From Phycisphaera mikurensis NBRC 102666 (lineage in GTDB: Bacteria; Planctomycetota; Phycisphaerae; Phycisphaerales; Phycisphaeraceae), in contig NC_017080.1 in assembly GCF_000284115.1 (NCBI RefSeq), positions 2,610,001-2,642,000 on the forward strand: a stretch of 32,000 bases of DNA. The letters run 5' to 3'. The position numbers and the translations under genes were made by a program. The notes below the pieces were generated by a model that saw nothing but the letters and a program-made list of their open reading frames with translations, had not been told where the DNA came from and did not search any database. Below are positions 16,727 through 25,697 of this stretch, piece by piece. Position 1 is the stretch's first letter, and each line of letters opens with the position of its first letter.

Positions 16727-18595
16727 ATGTCCTCGACCTACCGAACGCACTCCTGCGGGGCCCTCCGCCCCGCCGACTCCGGCTCCACCGTCACCCTCTC
16801 GGGGTGGGTGAACAACTACCGCGACCACGGCGGGGTGCGCTTCGTGGACCTCCGCGACCGCGACGGCCTGACCCAGGTCGTCTTCCACCCCGAGGCCGCC
16901 GCCGCTCACCAAACGGCCCAGAAGCTGCGGCACGAGGACGTCATCACCGTGACCGGCGAGGTGGTGGCCCGCGAGGGCGGCGTCAACCCGAAGCTGGCGA
17001 CCGGGGAGGTCGAGGTGGACGCGTCGGCGTTGAGGGTCCTCAGCAAGAGCCTCACGCCGCCGTTCACCCCCGACGAAGCCGGCAAGGTCAACGAGGAGAT
17101 CCGCCTCCGCCACCGCTACCTCGACATGCGCCGCCCGCGGATGCAGGAGATTCTGCGGAAGCGGCACCGCGTCACCAAGACCGTCCGCGACTTCTGCGAC
17201 GAGCACGGCTTCCTGGAGATCGAGACCCCTTTCCTGTGCCGGTCCACCCCCGAGGGTGCCCGCGACTTCCTGGTCCCCTCGCGTCTCCAGGCCGGCAGCT
17301 TCTACGCGCTCCCGCAGAGCCCGCAGCTCTTCAAGCAGCTGCTGATGATCGGCGGCGCCGAGCGGTACGTGCAGATCGTCCGCTGCTTCCGCGACGAGGA
17401 CCCGCGAGCCGACCGCCAGGCGGAGTTCACGCAGGTCGACCTGGAGATGAGCTTCGTCGACCAGGAGGACGTCATCGGCCTCTGCGAGGGCATGATCCGC
17501 CGCATCTGGAAGGACGTCGCCGGCGTCGACGTGCCCACGATCCAGCGCATGCCCTACGCCGAGGCGATGGCCCGCTTCGGCAGCGACCGGCCCGACCTGC
17601 GCTTCGGCATGGAGCTGGTGGACGTGACCCAGACGTGCCGCTCGACCGGCTTCAAGGTCTTCGACGGCGCCGTCGCCGCCGGTGGCGCGGTGAAGCTGAT
17701 CCGGGTGCCCGGCGGCGGCTCGCTCACGCGGAAGCAGACCGACGCGCTCGCGGACTTCGCGAAGGGCTTCGGCGGCGGCGGGCTCCCGGTGTGCAAGGTG
17801 GAGGACGCAGGCGGGACGCTCCAGCTCGCCACCGGCGTCGCCAAGTTCCTCGGGGGCGTCGGCCCGCGGCTGATCGATGCGGCCGGGGCCGAGGCCGGCG
17901 ACCTCCTGTGCTTCGGCGTCGACCCCAAGCCCGCCACGGTCGACCGCGTGCTCGGCGAGCTCCGCGTGAAGCTCGCCCACGACCTCGGGCTGATCGACCC
18001 GGAGCAGAACGCCTGGGTCTGGATCGTCGACTTCCCGCTCGTGGAGTGGCTCGAAGAGCCCGCCGGGCTCCGGGCCGCCGTCGCCGACGGAGCGGGCCAG
18101 TCCGGATCGGCCGCGGCCTCGGCGCCCGGCCGCTGGCACGCGCTGCACCACCCGTTCACGGCGCCCGCGGAGGGCTCGGCGGAGGCGCTCAAGAGCGGCG
18201 ATCGCGAGCGGATCGCCGCCGTCACCAGCAAGGCCTACGACCTCGTGCTCAACGGCAGCGAGCTCGGCGGTGGCAGCATCCGCGTGCACGCGCCCGAGAC
18301 GCAAGCCACGATCTTCGAGCTGCTGGGCATCCACCCCGAGGAGCAGCGGAACAAGTTCGGCTTCCTCCTCGACGCGCTCCAGCACGGCGCTCCGCCGCAC
18401 GGCGGCCTCGCCTTCGGCCTCGACCGCGTGGTGATGCACCTGGTCGGCACCACCAACATCCGCGACGTCATCGCCTTCCCCAAGACGCAGAACGGGGCGG
18501 ACCTGCTGACCGACGCGCCCTCGGAGGTGGAGGACAAGCAGCTCGAGGAGCTGTCGTTGGTGGTGCGGAGGGCGGCGGCCGCGGCAACCGCTTGA
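16727..18595 (+). CDS. aspS: Aspartate--tRNA ligase (bacterial type)
   Basis: 622 aa. Supporting segments are 'YRTHSCGALR...VTLSGWVNNYRDHGGVRFVDLRDRDGLTQVV', 'RYLDMRR', 'FYALPQSPQLFKQLLM', 'QIVRCFRDEDPRADRQAEFTQVD' and 'GGGSIRVH...GFGLDR'. Confidence 0.96.
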   Translation: MSSTYRTHSCGALRPADSGSTVTLSGWVNNYRDHGGVRFVDLRDRDGLTQVVFHPEAAAAHQTAQKLRHEDVITVTGEVVAREGGVNPKLATGEVEVDASALRVLSKSLTPPFTPDEAGKVNEEIRLRHRYLDMRRPRMQEILRKRHRVTKTVRDFCDEHGFLEIETPFLCRSTPEGARDFLVPSRLQAGSFYALPQSPQLFKQLLMIGGAERYVQIVRCFRDEDPRADRQAEFTQVDLEMSFVDQEDVIGLCEGMIRRIWKDVAGVDVPTIQRMPYAEAMARFGSDRPDLRFGMELVDVTQTCRSTGFKVFDGAVAAGGAVKLIRVPGGGSLTRKQTDALADFAKGFGGGGLPVCKVEDAGGTLQLATGVAKFLGGVGPRLIDAAGAEAGDLLCFGVDPKPATVDRVLGELRVKLAHDLGLIDPEQNAWVWIVDFPLVEWLEEPAGLRAAVADGAGQSGSAAASAPGRWHALHHPFTAPAEGSAEALKSGDRERIAAVTSKAYDLVLNGSELGGGSIRVHAPETQATIFELLGIHPEEQRNKFGFLLDALQHGAPPHGGLAFGLDRVVMHLVGTTNIRDVIAFPKTQNGADLLTDAPSEVEDKQLEELSLVVRRAAAAATA

Positions 18596-18746
18596 GCGGC
18601 GGAGGGAGCCGCCGCGTGCCGCCCGCGGCGGCGGCCGCGACGCTCCCGCGTGCTCCGCTTCTTCTCTCGCCGCCCGCCCGCTGCTCGGACCCGCCGATCC
18701 GCCCCGCCTCCGCTCGCGTTTCTTCCCTCGCCCGCCCAAGTTCCCC

Positions 18747-20708
18747 ATGTGCGGATTCGCCGGCCTCGTCAACTTCAACGACGACCCCGTCGACGAGCGG
18801 CGCCTCGGGGCCATGCTCGCCGCCGTCGAGCACCGCGGACCGGACGGGAGGGGCACGTCCGTCCGCGGGCGGGTCGGCCTCGTGCACGCGCGTCTGGCGG
18901 TCATCGACCTGCTCTCCGGGCAGCAGCCGATGTCGCTGGCGGCGGCGGGAGCCACGGGCTCGGGCGGTGCGGCCGCCGTGGCGGCACGCAGCGGCCCGCT
19001 CCGCCTGGTCTTCAACGGTGAGATCTACAACCACCGGTCGCTGCGGAAGAAGCTCTCGCGCCGCGGCGACGTCTTCACCAGCGATCACTCCGACACCGAG
19101 GTGCTGCTCCACGGCTACCGGCGGTGGGGCCCGGAGCTGCCCAAGCACCTCGACGGGATGTTCGCCTTCGCCCTCGTCGACGACGAGGCCGGCACCGTGC
19201 TGCTCTGCCGCGACCGCGTCGGCCTCAAGCCGCTGTACATCGCCCGCGATCCCGGCGGCCGCGGCATCGCCTTCGGTTCCACGGTGGCGGCGGTCACGGC
19301 CGGCGGGCCGGAGCGCCGGCTGAACCCCGCGGCCCTCCGCACCTACCTCCGCTTCGGCTACACCTTCGAGCAGTCGATCGTCTCGGGGGTGGAGGAGCTG
19401 CCGCCGGCGAGCACCCTGCTCATCTCCGCGGGCGGCGGCCTCGACGCGGCCACGTACTGGCGGCCGCCGCCGCTGTCGAAGAGCAGCACCGAGATCGGCC
19501 TCCTGCAGGGTCTCCGCGAGGTCCTCGGCGAGGCCGTCAGCCGCCGGCTCGAAGCCGACGTGCCGCTGGGCTGCTTCCTCTCCGGAGGCGTGGACTCCTC
19601 GCTGGTCGCCGCGCTGGCGCAGGCAAAGCTGGCGGAGGCCGGCGCCGGGCCCCTGCGCACCTTCAGCGTCGCGATGCCCGCGGCCGCCTACGACGAGACC
19701 TCGCACGCCGAGACGGTCGCCGCGCACCTGGGCGTCGAGCACACGACGCTGCCGTGCCGGCCCGGCGACGCGATCGAGGACCTCCACCTGCTCATGCGGC
19801 AGAGCGGCGAGCCCACCGCGGACAGCTCGCTCCTGCCGCAGTACTGGCTGGCCCGCGAGGCGAGGGCGCACATCAAGGTGGCGATCTCCGGCGACGGCGG
19901 CGACGAGCTCTTCGGCGGCTACGACCGGTACCGGGCCATGCGCGTGCTGCACCGCAACGCGGCGTGGATCGGCCGCATCCCCGCGTCGCTCTTCCCCGGT
20001 GGCGAGCAGAAGAGCCGGCTCGCCCGGCTGCAGCGGCTCGCCACCGCGGGCCGCGAGCCCGCGGCCGAGGGCCGCCGGTACGCCTCGATGATCGAGCTGT
20101 TCGGCCCCCCGTCGCTCGGCCTGCTGCTGCCCGACGCCGGGCCGCGTGGCCGCCGCCACGACGACGTCGACGACCCGCTTCCGCTGGCGCTCAGCTCCCC
20201 GGGCCTGCCCGGCTGGCCGGCCGGCGAGGCCGAGGGCCACGACCAGCCCGTCCACTCCGCGATGCGTTGGGACTTCCAGTACTACCTCCCGCACGAGGTG
20301 CTCCGGAAGGTGGACCGCGCCTCCATGGCCGTGGCGTTGGAGGTCCGCTGCCCGCTGCTGGACCGCGCCGTCTCGGACCTCGCCGGCCACGTTCCGCCGC
20401 ACCTGCTGATGCCGCGGAACCGGCCCAAGGGCCTGCTCCGCCGGCTCGCGGCCGAGCACCTCCCCGCCGCGATCGTGAAGCGACGCAAGCAGGGCTTCGC
20501 CGTGCCGATCGGGCACTGGATGCGCGGCGAGCTGAAGGACGCGCTGGCCGACCACCTCGCCTCCCCGGGGCTCGCGGCCCTCGGCATCGACACCGCCGTC
20601 GCCCGCACCTTCTTCGACGAGCACCAGGCGGAGCTGGCCGATCACACCCACCGTCTCTTCGCCCTGCTGCAGCTCTCGATCTTCGCGGAGCAGCGCGGGG
20701 CGGGTTGA
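18747..20708 (+). CDS. asnB: Asparagine synthase (glutamine-hydrolysing) family amidotransferase
   Basis: 653 aa. The N-terminal nucleophile is 'MCGFAG', followed by 'LVFNGEIYNHRSLRKKL' and 'SDTEVLLHGY'. The PP-loop is '[13 protein letters not shown]'. Confidence 0.9.
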   Translation: MCGFAGLVNFNDDPVDERRLGAMLAAVEHRGPDGRGTSVRGRVGLVHARLAVIDLLSGQQPMSLAAAGATGSGGAAAVAARSGPLRLVFNGEIYNHRSLRKKLSRRGDVFTSDHSDTEVLLHGYRRWGPELPKHLDGMFAFALVDDEAGTVLLCRDRVGLKPLYIARDPGGRGIAFGSTVAAVTAGGPERRLNPAALRTYLRFGYTFEQSIVSGVEELPPASTLLISAGGGLDAATYWRPPPLSKSSTEIGLLQGLREVLGEAVSRRLEADVPLGCFLSGGVDSSLVAALAQAKLAEAGAGPLRTFSVAMPAAAYDETSHAETVAAHLGVEHTTLPCRPGDAIEDLHLLMRQSGEPTADSSLLPQYWLAREARAHIKVAISGDGGDELFGGYDRYRAMRVLHRNAAWIGRIPASLFPGGEQKSRLARLQRLATAGREPAAEGRRYASMIELFGPPSLGLLLPDAGPRGRRHDDVDDPLPLALSSPGLPGWPAGEAEGHDQPVHSAMRWDFQYYLPHEVLRKVDRASMAVALEVRCPLLDRAVSDLAGHVPPHLLMPRNRPKGLLRRLAAEHLPAAIVKRRKQGFAVPIGHWMRGELKDALADHLASPGLAALGIDTAVARTFFDEHQAELADHTHRLFALLQLSIFAEQRGAG

Positions 20709-20764
20709 ACGGCGGCCGGCGGGGCTCGGAGTCGCCCCGCCGCCGCGCCATAGGGTGGGCCGCC

Positions 20765-21721
20765 ATGACCACCCGCTTCCTCCCCAAGCTCCTGGCGTTC
20801 GCCCTGGCCCTCGCCGCGGCGGGCCCCGCCGCGGCCCAGCCCGCCGAGGCCGGGCGGCTCACGGTCGCTACCTACAACATCGAGAACGCCTTCGACGTCT
20901 TCGACGATCCGTACTCCGGCGACGAGGGGACGGCGGTGAAGAGCCGGCACGAGCTCCGGGCGATCGCTTCCGCGGTGGCCGCGAGCAACGCCGACCTGGT
21001 CTTCTTCCAGGAGGTCGAGAACGCGGAGCTTCTCGCGGCGATGGCCGCCGAGTTCCTCCCCGACGCCGGCTACACGACCTGCCTGGTCACGCCGACCAAC
21101 GACGGGCGGGGGATCCACCTCGGGCTCCTGTCGCGGCTGCCGGTCGTCTCGGTCACCAGCCACCGCTGGGCGTCCTTCCCCGGTCCCGGGGGCGGGGAAG
21201 AGCGGCTCCACTTCAGCCGCGACGCCCAGGAGGTCGTCCTGGACCTGCCCGACGGCTCGCCGCTGCGCGTGTTCAACGTCCACCTCAAGAGCAACCGCGA
21301 CCGCGAGGGCGACGAGCGGTCGATGCGGAAGCGCACCGCCGAGGCTCTGAAGGTGAAGCGGCTCGCCGCCGAGCGGCTGGCCGCCGATCCGGGCGCGCTC
21401 TACCTCGCCGTCGGCGACTTCAACAGCGATTACACCGTGGCCGAGGGCCAGGCGGGCCCCTGGCCGGCCATGGCCGCCCTCCGCCGCGCGGAGCCCGATG
21501 GCTCCCGCGTCCTCCTCGACGTGCACGAGGGCCTGCCCCGCGAGCAGCGGGAGACCCTCCCCGGCGGCGGTTTCTATCCGCCGGCGACCTTCGACTACAT
21601 CCTCGCCTCCCCCGCCATGGCCCGCCGCCTTGTGCCGGGTTCCGCCGGCGTCATCCGGCGCGGCGACCTCGTCGCCGGCTCGGACCACCTCCCGGTCATC
21701 GCGACCTTCCGCACGGATTGA
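20765..21721 (+). CDS. Secreted endonuclease/exonuclease/phosphatase (EEP) family protein
   Basis: ATG at 20765, 318 aa. The signal peptide is 'LLAFALALAAAGPAAA/QP'. The EEP motifs are 'VATYNIENAF', 'DLVFFQEVEN', 'VFNVHLKS', 'AVGDFNSD' and 'GSDHLPVIATF'. Confidence 0.82.
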   Translation: MTTRFLPKLLAFALALAAAGPAAAQPAEAGRLTVATYNIENAFDVFDDPYSGDEGTAVKSRHELRAIASAVAASNADLVFFQEVENAELLAAMAAEFLPDAGYTTCLVTPTNDGRGIHLGLLSRLPVVSVTSHRWASFPGPGGGEERLHFSRDAQEVVLDLPDGSPLRVFNVHLKSNRDREGDERSMRKRTAEALKVKRLAAERLAADPGALYLAVGDFNSDYTVAEGQAGPWPAMAALRRAEPDGSRVLLDVHEGLPREQRETLPGGGFYPPATFDYILASPAMARRLVPGSAGVIRRGDLVAGSDHLPVIATFRTD

Positions 21722-21981
21722 GCCGCCGCCCGGGCGGGCGCGGCCGCGCGCGGCTTCAAGGCCGAAACCACGCCCGGCGTGGCCCATCGAGCCACGTTCC
21801 CCGCGCGGAGGGCGATCGGAACCTCCGGCTCCGGAGACGCTTGGGCGCGTTTTCGGCGCCGCCCGCACCCGCGGCTCCCGCGTCTCCTAAACCCCCGGGT
21901 CCCCGCGGGACGCGGTGTGGTGCCGCGTGCCGCGAGCGGCCTCCCCCGGGAGTTTCCGGGTCCTGCTCCCCGAGACCAACG

Positions 21982-22929
21982 ATGCCGATCGACGCCTTGA
22001 CCACCCTGGCCGCCGTGGGCCAGCTGCACAACATGGAGAACTTCTTCTCCTACACGCCGGGTCAGCACTTCGCGATCTCGCAGATCCTCACCTTCGGCTA
22101 CGGCTGCTTCCTCGCGTCGCTGATCTACTTCCTGCTCACGCTGACGAGCATCCCGCCGCGCTACCGGCTCGCCGGGATCCTCTCCTGCTGCGTCGCCGCG
22201 ACGGCCGGCTTCATCCTGTACCACGAGACGCGGTACTGGCAGCAGACCTTCGTCTACGACTCGCTCTCGGGCCTCTTCGTGCGGAGGCCCGACCAGATGT
22301 ACTCCAACGGCTACCGCTACGTGAACTGGGCGATCACGGTGCCGCTGCTGCTCATGACCCTGATGGTGGTGATCCCGCTCGCGCACGCGGCGAAGCGGCA
22401 GAAAGCCGCCCGGCGCCTGGTGATCTTCGGGGTCTCGATGGTCTTCTGCTCGTGGGTCGGCGGCTTCTTCGAGGCCGACGGCCACACCGAGGGCGGCAAC
22501 CTGCTGGGCTTCTGGTTCAGCTACCTGCTGGGCTGGGTCTTCTACGTGCTGCTGCTGATGCAGGTTTTCGCGGTCATCGGCGAGGGGCAGAAGCACGTCT
22601 CCGCCGAGGCGGGCAAGCTGCTCAGGTGCCTGCTGGGCCTGTTCCTGGTCTCCTGGACGATCTACGCCTTCGTGCTGCTCCAGCCGCTGTTCTGGTGGAG
22701 CCCCACGAGCGTCGTGGTGCGGCAGGCGCTGTTCACGATCGCCGACGTCAGCAGCAAGGCGGTGTACGGCATCCTGATGGGCCGGCTCGCGGTGCGGGTC
22801 GCCGACGGCTCCAGCGGGCTCCCCAACGCCTACCGCTCGCTCGCGAAGTCGCGTGAGCAGACGCACGCCTCCGGCGGCTCGGACGTCGGCGTCCCCGCCG
22901 TGGAGACGCGAAACGAAGCGCCCGCTTGA
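21982..22929 (+). CDS. Type-1 (microbial) rhodopsin, NDQ/NTQ-clade-like, with helix-C motif N115-T119-T126
   Basis: ATG at 21982, 315 aa; an alternative Met18 is at 22033. There are seven hydrophobic helices. Helix C reads 'NGYRYVNWAITVPLLLMTL'. Helix F reads 'LFLVSWTIYAFVLL'. Helix G reads 'RQALFTIADVSSKAVYGILMG', with Asp255 and the Schiff-base Lys259 (AAG at 22756-22758). Confidence 0.92.
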   Translation: MPIDALTTLAAVGQLHNMENFFSYTPGQHFAISQILTFGYGCFLASLIYFLLTLTSIPPRYRLAGILSCCVAATAGFILYHETRYWQQTFVYDSLSGLFVRRPDQMYSNGYRYVNWAITVPLLLMTLMVVIPLAHAAKRQKAARRLVIFGVSMVFCSWVGGFFEADGHTEGGNLLGFWFSYLLGWVFYVLLLMQVFAVIGEGQKHVSAEAGKLLRCLLGLFLVSWTIYAFVLLQPLFWWSPTSVVVRQALFTIADVSSKAVYGILMGRLAVRVADGSSGLPNAYRSLAKSREQTHASGGSDVGVPAVETRNEAPA

Positions 22930-23029
22930 TCCGGAGCGCGACGCCGGGCCCCTCGGAGGGTTCTCGCGGGTCCCCGACGCGGACGACCCGCCGCTGCCCG
23001 GGTGGTAGCGCCACGGTGCGGAGCGTGCC

Positions 23030-23048
23030 CGGCACACGCCGTGTGCCG
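23030..23048 (+). terminator. Candidate stem-loop about 100 nt downstream of the rhodopsin stop
   Basis: CGGCACAC-GCC-GTGTGCCG is a perfect 8-bp stem with a 3-nt loop. No U-tract follows. In GC-rich DNA such hairpins occur often by chance. Confidence 0.25.
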
Positions 23049-23146
23049 AGTCGCCCGACCCCGCCAGCGTCTTCGCGCACGAGCACCCGATCCGCGTTGC
23101 GGGTCGGGCACGCTGCGCCGCGCCTCGGCGAGGGGCTTTAGAGCAT

Positions 23147-23288
23147 CGTGCGCAATTTTCCGATCGGCCTGCGTCCGCGCGTCGTGTTCCTCGTGAGGAG
23201 GCGAAGCAGCCCTGCCCCTGCAGGGCGATGCAGCCGACGAAGCGAGGGGCACGACTCGCCCGCAGAGGCGATCGGAAAATTGCGCGCG
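23147..23288. repeat. ~140-bp palindromic (long-stem) extragenic element containing copy 2 of the 80-bp dispersed repeat (23191-23270)
   Basis: The outer arms 23147-23166 (CGTGCGCAATTTTCCGATCG) and 23269-23288 (CGATCGGAAAATTGCGCGCG) pair over 20 bp (17 perfect bp, then one G-T position and 2 more bp). Pairing continues after a small internal loop (GCCTGCG / CGCAGAGG). The centre holds the palindrome CCCTGCAGGG (23216-23225). The right end lies 5 nt from the fusA stop (TAG, 23294-23296 on the minus strand). Confidence 0.8.
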
Positions 23289-23293
23289 GTGCG

Positions 23294-25438
23294 CTAGCCC
23301 TGCTCGGCTTCGATGATGTCCTTGGCGATGTTCGCCGGGACCGGGGCGTACCGCAGCGGCTCCATCGCGTAGCTCGCCCGGCCCTGGCTCATGCCGCGGA
23401 GGCTGTTGGAGTAGCCGAACATCTCCGAGAGCGGGGCCTCGGCGGTGAGGATCCGGGTGTTGCCGCGCTCCTCGTCGCCGACGACCAGGGCCCGGCGGCG
23501 GTTGAGGTCGCCGGTCACGTTGCCGAAGAACTCCTCGGGCGTGGTGACGATCACCTTCATGATCGGCTCCATCAGCTGGAGCCCCGCCTTGCGCGTGGCC
23601 TCCTTGAAGGCGATGGTGCCGGCCATCTCGAAGGCGATCTGCGAGGAGTCCACGTCGTGGAACTTGCCGTCGATGAGCTCGACGCACACGTCCAGCAGCG
23701 GGTAACCGGCGAGGACGCCGCCCTTGGCGGTGGCGCGGGCGCCCACGGCGACCGAGGGGATGTACTCGCGGGGGATCGCACCGCCGGCGATGTTGTCCTT
23801 GAAGGCGACGCCGTCCTGGAAGGGCAGCTCCGCCTCCTGGGCTTCCTCCTCGGTCATCGGGTAGACCTTGATCGTGCAGTCGCCGAACTGGCCGCGGCCG
23901 CCGGTCTGCTTCTTGTGGATGCCGCGGGCCTCGGCCTCCTTGGAGATGCACTCCTTGTAAGCCACGCGGGGCTGGCCCACGATCACGCCGACCTTCATGT
24001 CGCGGCGGAGCTTGGTGGTGATGATGTCCAGGTGCAGCTCGCCCATGCCGGCGATGATGGTCTGGCCGGTCTCCTCGTCGTAGTTGGCCTGGAAGCTGGG
24101 ATCCTCGCGGCGGATGGTGCCCAGCGCCGTGGAGAGCTTCTCCTTGTCGCCGGCGGTCTCGGGCTCGATCGACATCGAGATGACCGGCTCGGGGAAGTCC
24201 ATGCGGTCGAGCACGATCGGGTCGTCGGGCGAGCAGAGCGTCTCGCCCGTGTACGAGCCCTTCAGGCCCACGACCGCGACGATGGTGCCCGCGGGCGCCT
24301 CGTCGCGCGGGATGCGCTCCTTGGAGTGCATCTCGAAGATCCGGCTGACGATCTCCTTCTTGTTGTTGTTGGAGTTCATCACGCGCGTGCCCTTCTCCAG
24401 CTTGCCGGAGTAGACGCGGACGTAGGTGAGGTCGCCGTGCTGGTCGTTGACGATCTTGAAGACCAGCGCCGACAGCGGGGCGTTCTCGTCGTGCGGGCGG
24501 GTAAGCCGCTTCTCGGCGTCGGCGGGGTCGGTGCCCTCGGTCTCGGGGACCTGCGTGGGGTTGGGCAGGTAGTCGATGACGCCGTCGAGCAGCTTCTGCA
24601 CGCCGATGTTCTGCAGGGCCGAGCCGCAGAAGGTCGGGTGGATCTCCCGCGAGAGCGTGCCCTTCCGCAGGGCGGAGCGGATCTCGTCGTTGGTGATCTC
24701 TTCGCCGCCGAGGTACTTCTCGGCGAGGTCGTCGTCGAGGTCGCCGCAGGCCTCCACCAGCAGCTCGCGGCGGGCGTCGGCCTCGTCCTGCATCTCGGCG
24801 GGGATGTCCTCCTCGACGATCTCGTTGCCCATCTCGCCCTGGAAGCGGTAGGCCTTCATCTCGATGAGGTCGATCAGGCCGGCGAACTCGTGGCCGCTGC
24901 CGATGGGCAGCTGCACCGCGATCGCCTTGGCTCCCAGCCGCTCGCCGATGGAGTTGAAGCTGAAGTCGAAGTCGGCTCCGATCTTGTCCATCTTGTTGAT
25001 GAAGCAGACCGACGGCACCTTGTACCGCTGCGTCTGCCGCCACACGGTCTCGGACTGAGCCTCCACGCCCTCCTTGCCGTCGAAGACCACCACCGCGCCG
25101 TCGAGCACGCGCATCGACCGCTCGACCTCCATGGTGAAGTCGACGTGGCCGGGGGTGTCGATGAGGTTGCAGGTGTACTCGACGCCGTTGCGGGTCCACG
25201 GGCAGGTGGTCGCGGCGGACTGGATCGTGATGCCGCGGTTCTGCTCGTCCTCGAGCGAGTCCATCGTCGCGAGGCCCTCGTGCACCTCGCCGATCTTGTG
25301 GGTCTTGCCGGTGTAGTAGAGGACCCGCTCGGTGGTGGTGGTCTTGCCCGCGTCGATGTGGGCGCAGATGCCGAAGTTCCGCGTCTTCTGGAGGCGGGTG
25401 AGGCTGGCGGGGTCGGTGAAGATGGCGGCTGCGGTCAT
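23294..25438 (-). CDS. fusA: Translation elongation factor G (stand-alone copy, outside a str operon)
   Basis: 714 aa. Supporting segments are '[25 protein letters not shown]', 'DTPGHVDF', 'INKMDK' and the domain IV/V signatures. Confidence 0.95.
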   Translation of the reverse strand: MTAAAIFTDPASLTRLQKTRNFGICAHIDAGKTTTTERVLYYTGKTHKIGEVHEGLATMDSLEDEQNRGITIQSAATTCPWTRNGVEYTCNLIDTPGHVDFTMEVERSMRVLDGAVVVFDGKEGVEAQSETVWRQTQRYKVPSVCFINKMDKIGADFDFSFNSIGERLGAKAIAVQLPIGSGHEFAGLIDLIEMKAYRFQGEMGNEIVEEDIPAEMQDEADARRELLVEACGDLDDDLAEKYLGGEEITNDEIRSALRKGTLSREIHPTFCGSALQNIGVQKLLDGVIDYLPNPTQVPETEGTDPADAEKRLTRPHDENAPLSALVFKIVNDQHGDLTYVRVYSGKLEKGTRVMNSNNNKKEIVSRIFEMHSKERIPRDEAPAGTIVAVVGLKGSYTGETLCSPDDPIVLDRMDFPEPVISMSIEPETAGDKEKLSTALGTIRREDPSFQANYDEETGQTIIAGMGELHLDIITTKLRRDMKVGVIVGQPRVAYKECISKEAEARGIHKKQTGGRGQFGDCTIKVYPMTEEEAQEAELPFQDGVAFKDNIAGGAIPREYIPSVAVGARATAKGGVLAGYPLLDVCVELIDGKFHDVDSSQIAFEMAGTIAFKEATRKAGLQLMEPIMKVIVTTPEEFFGNVTGDLNRRRALVVGDEERGNTRILTAEAPLSEMFGYSNSLRGMSQGRASYAMEPLRYAPVPANIAKDIIEAEQG

Positions 25439-25697
25439 GGTGGGCGTTCGCGGCGGCGCCGCGAGGGAGCTGGGGGAGGAAAAGCACCGGCCGGCCTCCC
25501 CGGGGTGAAGGAAGACCGTCCGCGGATCGCGGATGCGCCGGCACGAGCGGCGCGGGGGTGCAGGAGCCGCGCACGCGTTCCCGCGGGCGTCGGGCGGGAA
25601 GCTTATCCCGGGCCGCGGGAGCCATCAACCGGGGCGGCGGCGGGTCGGGCCGCGCCACCCGGGCGGCGTCGCCCGCCTCCCGCGGACCGCGCGGTGG

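Noticed and set aside
18596-18615. GC hairpins after gene ends as intrinsic terminators: 18596-18615 after aspS, 20718-20741 after asnB, and 9526-9540 at the fliD/DUF481 junction
   Set aside because: The stems are short (6-8 bp) and have no U-tract. At this GC content, stems of this kind are expected frequently by chance. I note them but do not call them.
13051-19015. ORFs 13051-16422(+), 1123 aa, and 14900-19015(-), 1371 aa
   Set aside because: They show the same off-frame or antisense signature, being R/G/P/A-rich with no domains. They overlap the UDG-like, hydrolase-like, aspS and asnB genes.
16727-20708. The aspS-asnB adjacency as a functional asparagine/Asn-tRNA module
   Set aside because: The two genes are separated by 151 bp containing a hairpin. 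AsnB-family amidotransferases of this length often serve other roles. Nothing in the sequence links the two genes.
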